This document shows positions 39,030 to 57,250 of a stretch of DNA of 64,000 nt, piece after piece; position 1 is the stretch's first letter; each line of letters opens with the position of its first letter. Source of the stretch: Eledone cirrhosa (lineage: Eukaryota). The stretch lies in the NCBI GenBank assembly GCA_964016885.1, contig OZ024740.1:199144001-199208000 (forward strand), written 5' to 3'. A program made the position numbers and the translations under genes. The notes beneath the pieces are model-generated. The model saw nothing but the letters and a program-made list of their open reading frames with translations, was not told the DNA's origin and did no database searches.

Positions 39030-41510
39030 CTAAATATGGAATGTTACGCGATGAGGTCTTCCCACAGCCCCGGCGGACAGGATGGAGAAGGCGTTCCCGC
39101 GGATGACGGCAAAGGAGACGCGCTGGAAAATCCAGTCCAACTCGCGGGGTTCACACCTGCGGCTTGCCTGCTCAGCGCCTATGGTGGTGAGTAGGGAGGT
39201 AGCCCTGGGGCCGAGGACACTAGAAGTCTCCACTGCCAGGGGTACAACCGCAAACCTGTCGGAGAGCGACCGGTATTTGAGGAGCTTGGCCTCCCCAAGC
39301 CCGACGTGCAGCAGAACCTGGATTAGTGGTAGAGTGCACCAGGTTGCGGCCGCCGAATGTGTTGGTGCAAGTAGCGTCCCAGAAGAGGAGTTTTCCACCG
39401 CGGAACGGGAAGATGGTTATGCCATCTAGCCTCTTGCCGTCCCCTCGGTCCAGCCGCACCGGCTCGAGCTGGGAAGGGAATCCTGCAGCGTCCAAGTCAT
39501 GCTTTATGACCTTGTCGAGGGCAGCATAGAGTGGAAGTAGGCTGGAACTGTGGAGACAGGAAAGTGTGTGGAAGTCGAATGGAGCCCACGATCTGCAGCG
39601 AGATTGGTGTGGCTCGAATATCCGGAGGACGAGCCTCAAGGAAACGCCGATGCGCAGGCTATTGTTGTCTAGCTCCGTGCCAGTGGACGAGTGCAGGGCA
39701 CCACTGGGAGGTTTGGACGCCGCACAAATGCAGGCAAGGCACTGCTGGTCGAGCTGGCGCGTGAGCCTGTCTGAGGCTGCACTGAATCACTGAATCACAT
39801 GGAATCACAAGTGCTTTGGCGGGAATTAACATCAACAGGGGGAGAAGGAGGAGTGACATCTACTGGGCTAAGTCCCAGCCGATCCAACGTCTCACAGGCG
39901 GCCTCACATTCTCAGAACACAGAGGGTTCTATTGTGTTTTGAAGAACCCTGCTGACGAGGCCGCGGCACAAGGTTACCGACGAAAGATACGCCGGCAAAG
40001 TCAGCGAGATCGGGGACCGGAGGCCAAGGCCGCCATACCTGACAGGTAAAGTGGCCTGTTGCCATCCACTGTCATCAAACTTGACGTTGCATATCTCCTC
40101 GGCTGCTACTCGGATACAAGAATCGAGGTCAGCGAGGAGAGGTGTGTCGGTGTAGCACGGAGCGCTGTGAAGGGCATAGAGGAGCTTAGGCATGGCGAAG
40201 CAGTTCCGCAACAGAAAGAGAGTTTGGTGGCCGTCGATCAAGGCCAGTCCGCTCGTGAGAGTCTGGAATTGTTGAAGCCTGGACCTGAGGGTGGAGCGGT
40301 TGGCCGGCGGGTGGATCGATGACCCGATGATGAGGACATCCTCTTTAGGGGTCACCTGTACCTGGTGGAAAATGGACCGCACGACCGAGACGGAGGCTGC
40401 AAAGCTCTCAGGATCGTGGGTGACATTCTCCACCTCCGACATTTCCAGAGTTGACCTGGAGGCCGATTATCGCCAGGGCAGGAACCACCGATTGTAGGTC
40501 ATGGCAGACAGTCTGTACGGACCCGCCCAACGTAGCATCATCCAGATACTAAACGTTGAGATGGGCCGTGATACTCCGGTCGATGTGGTCTATAGCAAGG
40601 GCAAAGACGAGGGGTCCCAAAGGGTGGCCTTCTTGGACCCCAATAGCCGAAGTTATGACCGTATCAGCAGCAAGGGGCATGCTCGGGGCTCCATACGACA
40701 GGTAGACCAGCGGGTAGGGAAAGGCGGCTCGGCTGAGGGAGACATCAAGCAGATAGTCCCGGCGTAAGCAGTTGAAGGCATTCCTCATGTCAAGCTTGAC
40801 AATAAGGTGCCTGGAGTCCCTGGATGCAGGTTCCGGTGGGCAGCTGTTGAAGAACTGCTTGGTTGCATGTGTGGACCCCTCACAGCCACCGGACACCCCT
40901 ACACCCAATTGCAACGGACTGAACTCCTCACCCAGTTCGGGTGTTATGGAGCTGCAGACCACCTTGGCAGCCAGCGCCCGGAAGACATTGCTCACAGCGA
41001 TGGGGAGTATGCCACGCTCTTTCTTCATGAGAGCGGTGAGGCTAGCTGAAAAAAAGAGGCCTCAAGCGTGAGGCTCCAGGGTGCCATGGATGATCCTATT
41101 GGTGAGCGCCACAATTGCACTCAGAAGGCGGCGCCCGGCCTCAGCGGAGAGGGGGGATAGCAACTCCTTGAGGTGGCCTGGTCGCAGACCACCAGCACCT
41201 CCGCTGCTGCTAACTGGGAAGGACACGATGACAGACATGATGTGTGCGTCGGAAGCAACAAGGAGCAAGTTAGGGTCGGGTGTGGGTATGGGTCTGAGAT
41301 CAGCGGGTGGATCACGCTATTTGAGTCACAGGGTAGCCAGGACCTCCTCGTTGGGTTGGAGGACAGTATCCTCAGAGGCAACCACTCTGACTGCGGCCGA
41401 GACATCACCCATGATTAGTTTAGCATTTACGTGGTCACGCAAACTCTTGGCGCTAGCCTCAGGGGTGGCGGATTGGGGGTACCCGAGGATAGGGTGTGCG
41501 GCGCCCATGG
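39030..41510 (-). mobile_element. CRE-clade non-LTR retrotransposon (RT + zinc knuckle + RLE), GC-rich, 5'-truncated, frameshifted
   Basis: SSGG..GLRPGHLK, PIAVSNVFR, QLGVGVSGGCE, KLDMRNAFN, GVQEGHPLGPLVF, LDDATLGG, QATLP..YGGLGL, RLDRGDGKRLDG.T..PF..GK...WDATC, K..KY..L...VPLAVET. Confidence 0.92.
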
Positions 41511-45238
<3,728 letters not shown>

Positions 45239-45239
45239 A

Positions 45240-45270
<31 letters not shown>

Positions 45271-45567
45271 GTATATGCATAATTACATACAGTGATTTAA
45301 TGCATATTTTCATTGATCATTTGCTGTAGGAAATTGTTGAGTGCTCTAAATCTACTATAAACATTTATAACCTTTTCTAATTATTTTTTTATTTATTATT
45401 AGTTGTATTCCCAACTTTTTATTTTAATTTTTTTTTATTTTTATATATACAATATTTAGGTTTTTTATATATATAATATTTATGTTCTTTCTTATATATA
45501 TATATATAACTATATGTGTGTGTGTGTATGTATGTATGCATACGTATGTGTATGTATATGTGTGTGT

Positions 45568-45709
<142 letters not shown>

Positions 45710-45836
45710 GTTAAACAAGGTTCATATGAATATATCTAAGAATGAGTTTTACACACATACACATGTGTGTGTTTGTATCTGTATGTATGTGTTTGTAATA
45801 TGTATGTATATGTATGTGTATGTATGTATAGATATG

Positions 45837-45898
<62 letters not shown>

Positions 45899-46078
45899 TA
45901 TATTTCGTTTCTGAATTTGTTTAGCAAGATTCTTTATCTGAAATCGTGTGTTGAAACCGATATTGTTATAAGTTTGTAGATTTGTAGATTTATAAATTTA
46001 TAAATATATAATAAATTGAAGTGAAACAACTGGTGCGTGTGTTTCTTATTGGCAACATGACCCTCCCAAAGTATAACA

Positions 46079-46112
<34 letters not shown>

Positions 46113-46548
46113 ATATATGTATATGTGTGTGTGTCTGTATGTATATGTGTATGCGTATGTATGTGTATATGTATTTGTATATGTATGTGTATGTGTGATA
46201 GTGTGTGTATGTATTCATTTTTACGTATGTATGTGTACGTGCAATTGTGTGTATTGCTTACCACGTGTGTTTGTTCATTTATTTGTTGCCTGTATCGCTG
46301 TGAACACTATAATAATCTTTATATTCAAATGTTTCTTACGTGACGGTATTTTTATTATTATATGTTTTCTTATATTGATCTGTGTGCGCGAGTATGTAGG
46401 TGTGTGTACATATTTCTATATTTGTGCATGCGTATGTATGCGTGTATATATGTGTGTATGTATGTGTATGTATGTACGTGTGAATATACGTATGATTGTG
46501 TGTGTGTATGTATGTATCTATGTTTATGTGTATATATGTATGTATATG

Positions 46549-46579
<31 letters not shown>

Positions 46580-46764
46580 GTGTATATATATATATGTGTG
46601 TGTATGTATGTATATATATGTTTATGTATATATATATATGCATGTATATGTGTGTGTGTGTGTGTCTGTGTGTGTATGCACGTTTGTGTATTTGTATGTA
46701 TGTGTATGTATGGATATGTTGATATTTATGTGTGTATGTATGTATGTGTATATGTATGTTTATG

Positions 46765-47178
46765 GGGAGAGATGACCCCTTAGCCTTTGTCAATGCAGAA
46801 TTCTAGGAGAAGGAAAACTCTGATATAACACCTGCAACTCTGATGGTATCCAATGATGTTGACTTGTTCTTCTTTTTGGTAAATATCATCTTGGTTAAGA
46901 GAGTGGGACTGGCTTTGGGCAGTGCCTTTGCTCACTATAAAAGCTTCACGGCACAGGCATTTTTTTATATCTGGAGATCTCTCTGCACTTGTCATCACAT
47001 GGTATCATGGGCCCAGCACTATGTGTCAATATTTGTCACAAGTGTAGTGTTTGTACCAGAGTTTTCAAGTCGCTGTCTGGACTAAAAAGTCACACTCGTT
47101 CAGCGCATCGGTAGGAGTTCTCCTACATGGATATAAAGTAGTGGCCGTACTCGAAAACGAGTTCGCAGCCACCATGTA
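46765..47178 (+). mobile_element. RTE-tailed non-autonomous retroposon, 5'-truncated (copy E)
   Basis: Highly similar to 15444-15855 and has the same 3' end. Confidence 0.88.
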
Positions 47179-47549
47179 TGTATGTATATATATACACATA
47201 TATATATGTGTGTGTGTATATATGTGTGTGTATGTATGTGTGTATGTATATATATATGTGTATGTATATAATTGTGTGTGTGTGTTTGCATCTGTGTTTA
47301 TTTTTCCTTTCCTTCTTCCTTTTCCAGCCTCACTTTCATATAGATTATATTTTTGTTTTTAAAATCCAATGCCAATAATTACTCCAGGATTTTATCCTTT
47401 TGATGATTGAAAGCAAACATTGTTTGCTTTTAAGAAACCACTGGTAAATGAAATAATTGCCTTATGTTGTTTAATACATAACTATTAAACTCTGTTACCT
47501 ACATAGAGCACTCTTTTTTCCTGGACTTTTCCGACTGAATTAATTCATT

Positions 47550-47706
<157 letters not shown>

Positions 47707-50174
47707 AATACATATATATATATATATATATATAAACAATGGTTTAAATATTCTGTGTTCAATATATCGACATCGCTACATTTCTGTTGTGCTTAGTGAT
47801 TTCTGTATTATTCGTCTAAATAGAGACTTCACTGATTCCTCTATTATTCCACTAAATACAAACGTCAGTCTTTTAGCTGTCAATCATCCGTGTTTGAGAA
47901 CGTACTTGTTACATCTCTTCAATTCAGAATACAAATGTTGTTTAGAATTTCCTCTATTGTGAACGATTGGTTTCCAGCCAAACGTTAGTTAAATCCTATT
48001 TAGAATGTCACAACAAGACTACATTGTACTTACTATAAATATTGTCATTCACGTTAGAATGTCTACAGTTCTCGAACTGTAGAAAAGCAATATAGAAATA
48101 CATTCTGATTAAGCTGATTATTTCACAACCATGCCATTCTTGTTCAGTTCTACTGCACGGCAACATGAGCACGCATGTACTTCTATAGCCTCCAGTTGAC
48201 CAATGTCTTCTGAGTGGAAATTTGTACTGGCTAATTTTATGTGTATAGTAATTTTTAACTCAAAGGAGGTATAGATGTGTATCATATACTTTCTGAGTCT
48301 GTCTAGTGAATGTTCGTTTGTATTGCTGACTCGATAGGGGCTTGTCTCAATATTAATCAGAGTGCGGGTGGATAAAGATCACTGAGTGGATTTAAAATGT
48401 ATAAGCCAACTCAATCGTATATGTCCGTTATGTCAAACCAACCCACGCTAACGTCGAAAGATGCGCTTGGGATAGTCTATTTTACCGATTTTCTGCTTTG
48501 CCTGAAGAGCAGTTTTCTTTTCACATGCATCAAATATCTATAATGTCTGACTGAACTTACATGGTGCCCTCTTATTGCTGGTATTGTTAAACAATTTACT
48601 TACTTCCCACTGTTTGTCCACTGCACTAGGGTGGTGTCTGCTGTCTTAATGAGGATATTAATGTTCCTAAAAATACTTATGTTAACAATGCCTATTTCTG
48701 ATTTGGATGGATTCATTAATCAACACTTATGGTTGTAGGCGAAATTATTTTTATGTTATTTAATGGTGATAAAGGCTTTTGTAGCGTCTCAATTCTATTA
48801 TATAACATTAACTTTGTTGCAATTTGTTTCGCCTCTTTGTTGATACTATCGTAGGTTATTGTCGTAGATCCCATATATTTACTTCTCATGCTATTTTTCA
48901 GTATGTGTCTTGGCTGTATGTGCTACTATCCACCTGGTAACATTATTTAGTGTTCTCTAATGGTATTATAATGCGAATATTAGTTGCTATATGAAACAAA
49001 AAACAAATGCACCCGACATAAAAAAGGTCCAGTCTCCAACAGTTCCCCTACACCAGTAAAAAAAAAATACTTTTCAAACACACTTTTCCGAGTGATTCAG
49101 CCATGGAGGTAATCAAGACCCGTGAAGCATTTATTATTATTGTTTATAACAGATAAATATTGATGTGTCCGCGAGTTTAATCTGGGAGGCATACCACAAC
49201 GAAACTGTGAACATACACGAAATTATGTTTAGCTGCCATGTATTGTAAGTGATATAACCTCTATGTTTACATATCGAAGCCTCATTCTATTGTAATTACA
49301 ATCCACACTCAGCTAAATATGCATACATACATCGATAGATACATACACACACACACATACACCTTACACACACATGTGTGTGAGGTGTATGTGTGTGTAT
49401 TCACACACACACACGCAGACAGACAGGCACAAACACACACACACATACACACACACACACACACACATATAAGGAGGATATTCTATTGAGAAGCATATAT
49501 TTAATTTATCAAACCTAAGAACATTAAATTTGAACTAATAGCACACAGATCACCCTCATGTACTAAGTTCGACTCACTAAGGTATTCGCTAATTCGAAAT
49601 ATAGATTTCTATGACGAAAACACATTGATATGAAATTGAAATCGGATTATGATTTTCCTTTCAGGAAGAAACAAAATAACGTCTAAAGATGTCATAACAT
49701 AATTTCGAAGATTACATTATATTGGTTTAATCAATAATAAATTATAATGGTCTGAGGTACATAAACCTAATATAACATCTACTAATTACACATATACATA
49801 TAATTTTGAAAGCAATAAAATATTTTGATTGCAATTTGGAAATAATTTACGCATTCCAATATTTACGATTGAATATTGAAAGTTACTTACAGAAATAATA
49901 CTAATGCTATCCTAAATAACAGAAAAATTCAGAAAATTTGATTTGTTAAATTATATACTTATATGTTGCGGTTTCATTTTAGATATCCTTAAAATATATA
50001 AAAAAATATAGATTATATATCACGTGATCGTAAAATTGGAAAAAGTTTGTAACTTAATTTTCCAAGATGCACTGCAATTTTCAATCAGAAGAGACTATAT
50101 ATGGTTTCTAAATTACTATTTTCTATTTATTTTAATTCTGCACTGTGTGTGTGTGTGTGTGTGTGAATGTGTGT

Positions 50175-50268
<94 letters not shown>

Positions 50269-52569
50269 GTGCTCAGTAAAATCGTATTACTCATATTAAC
50301 AACCATCCACCCAATAACTACATATATATTTCATTAGACCTCTCATTTATATATTGAACAGTCAGTAAAATATTTTCACAAACGAACAAATACCACATTC
50401 CAAAGTGTGTGAATATATGAGACTATCCCGTACACGTAGTATTATTCCCAATGTTATTACTATCGTCCAATCTACCAAAAATTATAAATTATCAATGAGA
50501 GCTTAAAAATTTCATTTTTTTCTGTGTGCTTATTAAAAGTGGTCTATATACATTTCTATTCAATAATGTTAAAATATTTATCAGGAAGATTTTTTAGTTA
50601 TAAACATTTTTGTCCCTTAGGCAGAAAGGGTAATTCAGCACGCCTGATCATTTATTTTTTTCAGGGTCTTTAATTTTTATAGTGCAAAGAGGGGTTGTTT
50701 TCCTCAAATCGGAGCCTCGAACCAAGTGCCTAGAGCAAAGAGGATTCTGTTATAGCTAGCCAAGCATTTGGTTCGTATGAAAACAAATTAATCCTACATT
50801 GCAGAATTTCAAACGTCCAAGTAAAGCGCATCACTGTATATTGTTCAGGGCTCTGAGTACACAGCCAATACAACGGTTACGATTAGTATTTTATTTTGAC
50901 CAAGATATAATGAAAATCAAAGGTGACTTTGGTGGATTTGAATTCAGAAAGCAAAGCACCAAAAAACAGATAGCACAAGAAAATGTGTACTACATTTTAA
51001 CGATTCTTTCCATTCACAACCGTTACAAATATTGGACATATTGGACATGTATGTTGAAGACAGAAAACGCTGTTTACTTCATCATTTTCCAGCCAATGAA
51101 TCGGTCATTAAATTTGTAAACACTAACTTAATTATTGTTATTATATATTTTTGATGTGGACGACGTCTATCTGTTAATTATTTGCTAAACATTTAATTTA
51201 TTTTTTCGTCACTGAGTGTACGGATGGATACATTTATTTATTGAGTCATCCATCTATATGATGGTATGGTTGCTGATACATGTATTTTACTAACGATACC
51301 ATGATAAGACCAAAACATGTACAGAGTGGTCATCCGTATTTGAAGAAATAATTAGAATATTAATTATGAGCGAATTATATATAATCGCACACTACATAAT
51401 TATTTCTGTCTAGATGCTTCTTCCTTGAATATGAGAACATTACTTTTTGTGGTCAACTGATTAAGAAGCACTTGTTGGCATATTTGACAAGCGTCATTTA
51501 TCATGGCATCCGGTTTATCCAAGCGTTTTAAATGAAACTAGGTGGCGGAAACAGTTCTCAAGTTCGTCTGCTAGACAGCATCTGTATTACAAAGGGCTAG
51601 CCATATCACACAATGTGTCATATTAAATCTTACTGAGAATTAATTTAACATACGATCAGGTTGTTACATTAATTGAAGAACTGGAGCAATAATCTTTGAA
51701 ATCGTGCGATGTCTATTTCTTAGTCTACATTTAATGACAAGTGTCAGGTTTGTGATAAAGATTAATTGGCAGTTATTCTCTATACTGAATACCCCTAGGA
51801 GATACAAATTATATATATATTACTAATTGTGACACTAGAGCGACGTAATTTAGGAAATATATGGGGAAATATCTGTCATTTATATTTATGTGTAAACATC
51901 AAAGTTTAAGTATGCTTTCATAGAAATTGTGTGATTCATATATGTAGATCTTTTCATATTTCTTTGTAACAATATATCAGGAACAGACAAACAAATCATC
52001 CATAAACATTTAAGCTCAATAACGAAAAACACTTAACAGAAAATATAACCAAAATATATAACAAAAACAAGATTCAATGGAAAGAAGACAAGAACTGGAG
52101 ATGATAGAAACTGCTTTTGATGAGAGCAAATTTAATACAAAAATCATTAAAATCAAGGTTTAATGATGCATACTTAAGTACATGGTACAATTGGACATAG
52201 CTATTTGTTAGTCGTTAATTATGGTTAGAATCATTGAAAACATACTTGGCTGTCTATGCTTGATAAAACTTGTAACAATTTAGTATGATATATATGATTT
52301 ACTTTCTTTGAGTGTTTGTAGTCATTAGACTGTGGCAATACTAGTGCACCGCCTGTGAAGGGAATTTAGTCGCTCAAACCGACCGCGGGCTTATATTTGA
52401 AGCAGGTCACATATTTTATGAATCTCGTTTTTGAAAAAACTATTAATTTACGGGATATGAATAAAACCGTAAGCGAGACAGGGATACACACACCACCCAT
52501 GCATACATATGCCCCCCCCCCCATATATATATTTGTATATTCAACAAACATCTACAGTTTACCTCAACC

Positions 52570-53580
52570 ACAATCCACTCCCATGGCATTATAGTAGAAT
52601 TGTTATCCTATATGTCACGCCATGAGAGTATACACATATTTAGCCTTCAGAGGAACACCATTTCGGTCGCTTATATTCACCATCGTATGTTTTCAGTCAT
52701 TGCCCAAGCTTGTTGAACATAAGTAAGTGTTGGCACTTACTGAATACTGAATTGAAGATAGAGAGGAGGACTTCAGGTGTGTTCTTCAGAGCAGCTGTGG
52801 GTGGGGGGGGGGGTCGTATATTACGAAGTCGGAGACGGTCTTCTAGAATATTTTCGTTACAGATCTGAAGTTATATTCCGATTTAAACCCAAAGTCTTCC
52901 CATGTCTTATCTTTCGACAAGTTTATTGTCTCTGATGCGACGTTCAGTGGCTGCAGGGTGACTTATTTTCAAGTTAACATTTGTAACCCACATTCTTTGC
53001 GCAAGTAGCATCTTTGACCATTTGATTGAAACAAAGGCTCGTCATGCCACCCGGTGCCACTCCAAGCCGCTTTCGACCGCAGTATTTAACAGCTGAAGCA
53101 CAAACAGCCGGACCTACAGTTTCACTCAATTTCAACCTCCTCAGTTTGTTTAAGGTGTTCCCTGAATGTTGCTTGCAGTAGTATCAGGATACATGTTCCA
53201 ACAAAGCTTCCCACTTTATCCTGTAGGTCGAGCTGGAACTGCATGTTTTGCTGGTTTTCTTGGCTTTAGATAGTCCTAGGTTGCAGATAAATAGATGGTG
53301 ATCAGCTGACTGTATAGTCCCTTTCTTAACACGAATATCAAGCGAGTCACCAATTTGGAAATTTTTTCAGAGGGGCTGAGACTAGTTATTTTTTATTTTA
53401 AAACGGCCTTTACTCGCCTCGTCGTAGCTACATTACTGGGCTGTATGAGTTTTCTTGGGAGCTAGTAGTATCACCAATTGCTGCAGTTCCTCTAGTAGTT
53501 TATCGCTGTTGGTCCTGAGTGGGGCATTCGTCAGGCTGGAGCCCGCTTAAATCGAAACTAACCATCATATGTGTTGGTTG
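52570..53580 (-). mobile_element. Decayed LINE remnant (APE to RT region)
   Basis: Higher-GC stretch with fragmentary APE-like (TNSDKLL, DIR.KKG....ADH) and RT-like (QNG..like) pieces; heavily interrupted. Confidence 0.4.
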
Positions 53581-53863
53581 TAACGCTATCAACTGCCTAC
53601 TACCCATTCCCAAACAACATATATGCCTAGAAATGTTACGAAGATCATTTATATAACAGACCGGCTACATATCCAATGATTCATATAAACTATGTTGTTT
53701 GTCCACATATAATAATCTTTATAACATAGACATAATAGCACTAATTATCTGGGAATGGAAATTCGATTAAAGCAAAACTATTATTTGCTTTTAATCCACC
53801 CGAGATCAAGCAATTAAAGTACCAGTCAAAATACTCAGAGGATCAGGCGTAGTAGCTAAATAT

Positions 53864-54033
53864 AATTGTTTCTACTTTAGGCACAAGGCCAGCAATTACC
53901 CAGTGCATTACTGGTACTTTATGTTATCGACCCCGTAAGGCAAAGTCAACCTCGGTGGGATTTGAACTCAGATTGTAAAGGGACGTAACTATGCTGGAAA
54001 GCATTCGCGTCCGACCCTCTACCGATACTGCCA
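53864..54033 (-). mobile_element. tRNA/Nin-domain SINE copy
   Basis: Near-identical to 24759-24940 with a short internal deletion. Confidence 0.85.
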
Positions 54034-54829
54034 AAATATAATGAGACATAATTAAATCTTCCGAATGATGACATACATGGTATGACATGAACAGACATGA
54101 TACCCAGACAAATATGCATAACATACATAGAATTATACTGCAGGGCAATTCACATATATTTCGTTGATTGCATTTAATACGAGAGAACAAGCTCAAAACT
54201 AAAACACTACATATGCACAAGGCACTTAGTGCTGCAATCGGTACTTCATTGAATATATATAATAAAACAAAGACTAATGGTGAAATGTAATAATGTTAAT
54301 AAAAAACAAACAAAAACAAGAACAGACTAATGAGAAATTTAACAAATTTATAATGTATTTGCAATGTATTTTTAATATCTTTACTAAGACTAATTAAAAA
54401 CAGATAATGACGTGATAGCTTCAGGTGGGATAAGATAAGTGTTTGAAAAATTCAATGTTTGAAAATCTTTTCTTTCGTTGAATTTTCCACCCACAATATA
54501 AATGGGAGGAAAATTCACATCACATTTAACAAAAAACAGAAGTGTGTAATCATTGCTATGTTGATAGCACTTGGATCTGCGAGTGTATATGTCTGTGTGA
54601 GTAAATATGTATATATAACCAGCAACACATGCACACGCACGCACTATTACATATACACACGCACGTCGGCAAATACTGAGGTACATACACATACACGCAC
54701 ATCAAAACACACACATACACACATGTGTATGTCTGTGTGTGTGTGACCCGAGTTCCATCGGGGTTAACAATAGTAAGTAAGGTGCTTAATACATAGTAGA
54801 GTATATAGAAGATTTAATAAGGAAATATG

Positions 54830-54867
54830 CTTCTACAGGACTAGAACTGTTTCAAGTCCTGTAGAAG
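54830..54867. repeat. Centre-deleted remnant of the HHR palindrome family (38752, 62793)
   Basis: cttctacaggactagaactgtttc-a-agtcctgtagaag. Confidence 0.7.
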
Positions 54868-54970
54868 AGTTATTGCTGATGGCAACATGAATGGGCCTGT
54901 TATTTTTCTCTAAAACCATTTTTTCCAATTTCATCCCGCCTGTCCCTTAAATCTTTCTAATTACTCATTC

Positions 54971-55010
54971 TTTCTTCTGATGAATGACTAGCGTTCGAAA
55001 CGTTAAAACA
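54971..55010 (+). ncRNA. Minimal hammerhead motif in a probable PLE pseudo-LTR remnant (~54880-55095)
   Basis: tt-CTGATGA-atgactagcgttc-GAAA-cg-TT-aa; stems are weak. Confidence 0.5.
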
Positions 55011-55099
55011 CCCTTCCTGCTATTTCAAGCGTTAACCTAATACATTCCTTCCATATACTGTACCGATTGTGTTGTTATTTCTTTTAACTTTTAAATAAT

Positions 55100-55132
<33 letters not shown>

Positions 55133-55134
<2 letters not shown>

Positions 55135-55261
55135 TCAGGGGAATGGAATAAATGTTGCCACCATAAAGGGTTCAGAGCAGAGGTTTCTGCTGAAGATAGA
55201 ATATATATTCCAGTGGCTTTGAACCACTTATTATGGCAACATGTTCTCCATTCCCCTGAAT
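55133..55261. repeat. Imperfect fold-back (~46-bp arms) next to (TA)n, with partial HHR core (CTGAAGA on +, GAAAC on -) in the spacer
   Basis: attcaggggaatgg..atgttgcca versus tggcaacat..ccattcccctgaat. Confidence 0.6.
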
Positions 55262-56340
55262 CTGGAAGTTTCTGCTAGGGATGGAATTAGTATTTCAGTA
55301 ACTCTGAATGTTCTTTGTGGAAAAAACAAGGTCAATGTTGATGATTTCTTCTGAGATAAAATATCAAGATAGATAATTTTAGAAGCAATCATGGTCAATT
55401 CTAAGGTAAACCGACTTTTCAAACCAATCCCAGGGACTTTCACAACAGTCTGCCATCACACCTATCCCCTTGCTCCTCCTTCTTCTCCTCACTCTTGTTC
55501 TGCTATCCTCTCCTCCTTCTTCTCCCCCAACTACTCCCAGTCAAAACCAAACTATTATCAGGGAAAGAAAGACAGACACAACAGGGAAATCAATTCTCCT
55601 CTCTGAATATGTATGTGAAAATTAATTGTGCTTCTCCTTTTTATTATTATTAATATTATTTTGATTATTTGTATAAATATGGAACAATATTATTCATATC
55701 TGTAATTGACAATCTAAACTATAACAAAGTAAGGAGTGGGCGACTGCGTCCAGAATATATTTGTTTATCCCGTTTGTAAAATAAGTTCGATTACTTCAAA
55801 TAAAAAATGAATGAACATTACATAATATAAATAATAATTTTTCGTATTTTAAGATTCACTTCTTTAAATTTTTCAAATGCCATCACTTCCGTTTAGCGAT
55901 CGCTTAAATAAACATTCATATATTTCCGTCACTAATTCTCTCCTAATGCAGATTATATATAATATCGTCTTTTTTTAATGTATTATGGATTACGTTACTG
56001 AGTACATAAGACAGTGTAACGCAGTCTTCGTTCAATTTCTGTGTATATTTTCAATTACGATTTTATTTGATGTATCATATCTACGTGCATATATACTTGC
56101 GTATTATATAAATATGCACACCACACGTGCCAGCAGAAAACCACGCGAAGCGTGGTTTTTCTGCTATTGCATATAATGCTGAAACTGGTATATTAAATAC
56201 GGAAATATCCACTTTGTAAATACATTATTGTTTTCATATTACACTGAAATAATCTCTTCACCATTTTCTACTGAAAAAATATTTTTCGTTTCTACTATTT
56301 GTTTATATATATATATATAGAGAGAGAGATAGATATATAC

Positions 56341-56387
<47 letters not shown>

Positions 56388-56390
56388 CAC

Positions 56391-56492
<102 letters not shown>

Positions 56493-56540
56493 ATGAAATG
56501 ACAGGAGGCTGGATTTGTGTAAATCCTTGAAAGGTTTATT

Positions 56541-56598
56541 ATACTATGATCATTTCAATGACCGGGTTCCGTATGAATCCGGTGATATCATCAGGTAT
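56541..56598 (-). ncRNA. Type I hammerhead ribozyme (inverted copy)
   Basis: Exact reverse complement of 56701-56758. Confidence 0.8.
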
Positions 56599-56700
56599 TC
56601 GAAATATAATACGTGAATGTAATAGGTAAAATCCATGGGGCTGAAAATCGATTTTCAGCCCCATGGATTTTACCTATTACATTCACGTATTAGATTTCGA

Positions 56701-56758
56701 ATACCTGATGATATCACCGGATTCATACGGAACCCGGTCATTGAAATGATCATAGTAT
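56701..56758 (+). ncRNA. Type I hammerhead ribozyme
   Basis: atac-CTGATGA-[tatcaccggattcatacggaacccggtcatt]-GAAA-tgatca-TA-gtat. Core is intact and stem III is palindromic; predicted cleavage after 56754. Confidence 0.82.
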
Positions 56759-57250
56759 AATAAACCTTTCAAGGATTTACACAAATCCAGCCTCCTGTCA
56801 TTTCATTATAATATTTAACTCCGTAATAGCACCACCAACTACAAAAACAAAGACGGTTGAACTGCTTTACGTTGAGTACTCTCTATATTATTGCATTACG
56901 ATTGACCATACGGAATAGACCAGCTCTATACAGTGGTGAACCTCAAACCTGAATAAATAACGCTCCTGAAATGTTGAGCACTTCAAAATGTAATAATCAA
57001 CAGCGGCATGGGACTGAATATATCTAACCACAATTCGAACTTTGGCTACCCGGTGCTTTCGCCTGGCCCTTTGCTACTCCCCTCACAGAATATCCGAACT
57101 TCGACGAAACTCCACGGACTGGACCATAACATGTATTGTACTGCACTGAATTAACTAAATGGCTACCCTATACTTCTGGGTATGTATAACTCACACTGAA
57201 CTCCCAGACTCAAACACGCACTGTTTCCACATCTATATGCATTATCTGAC

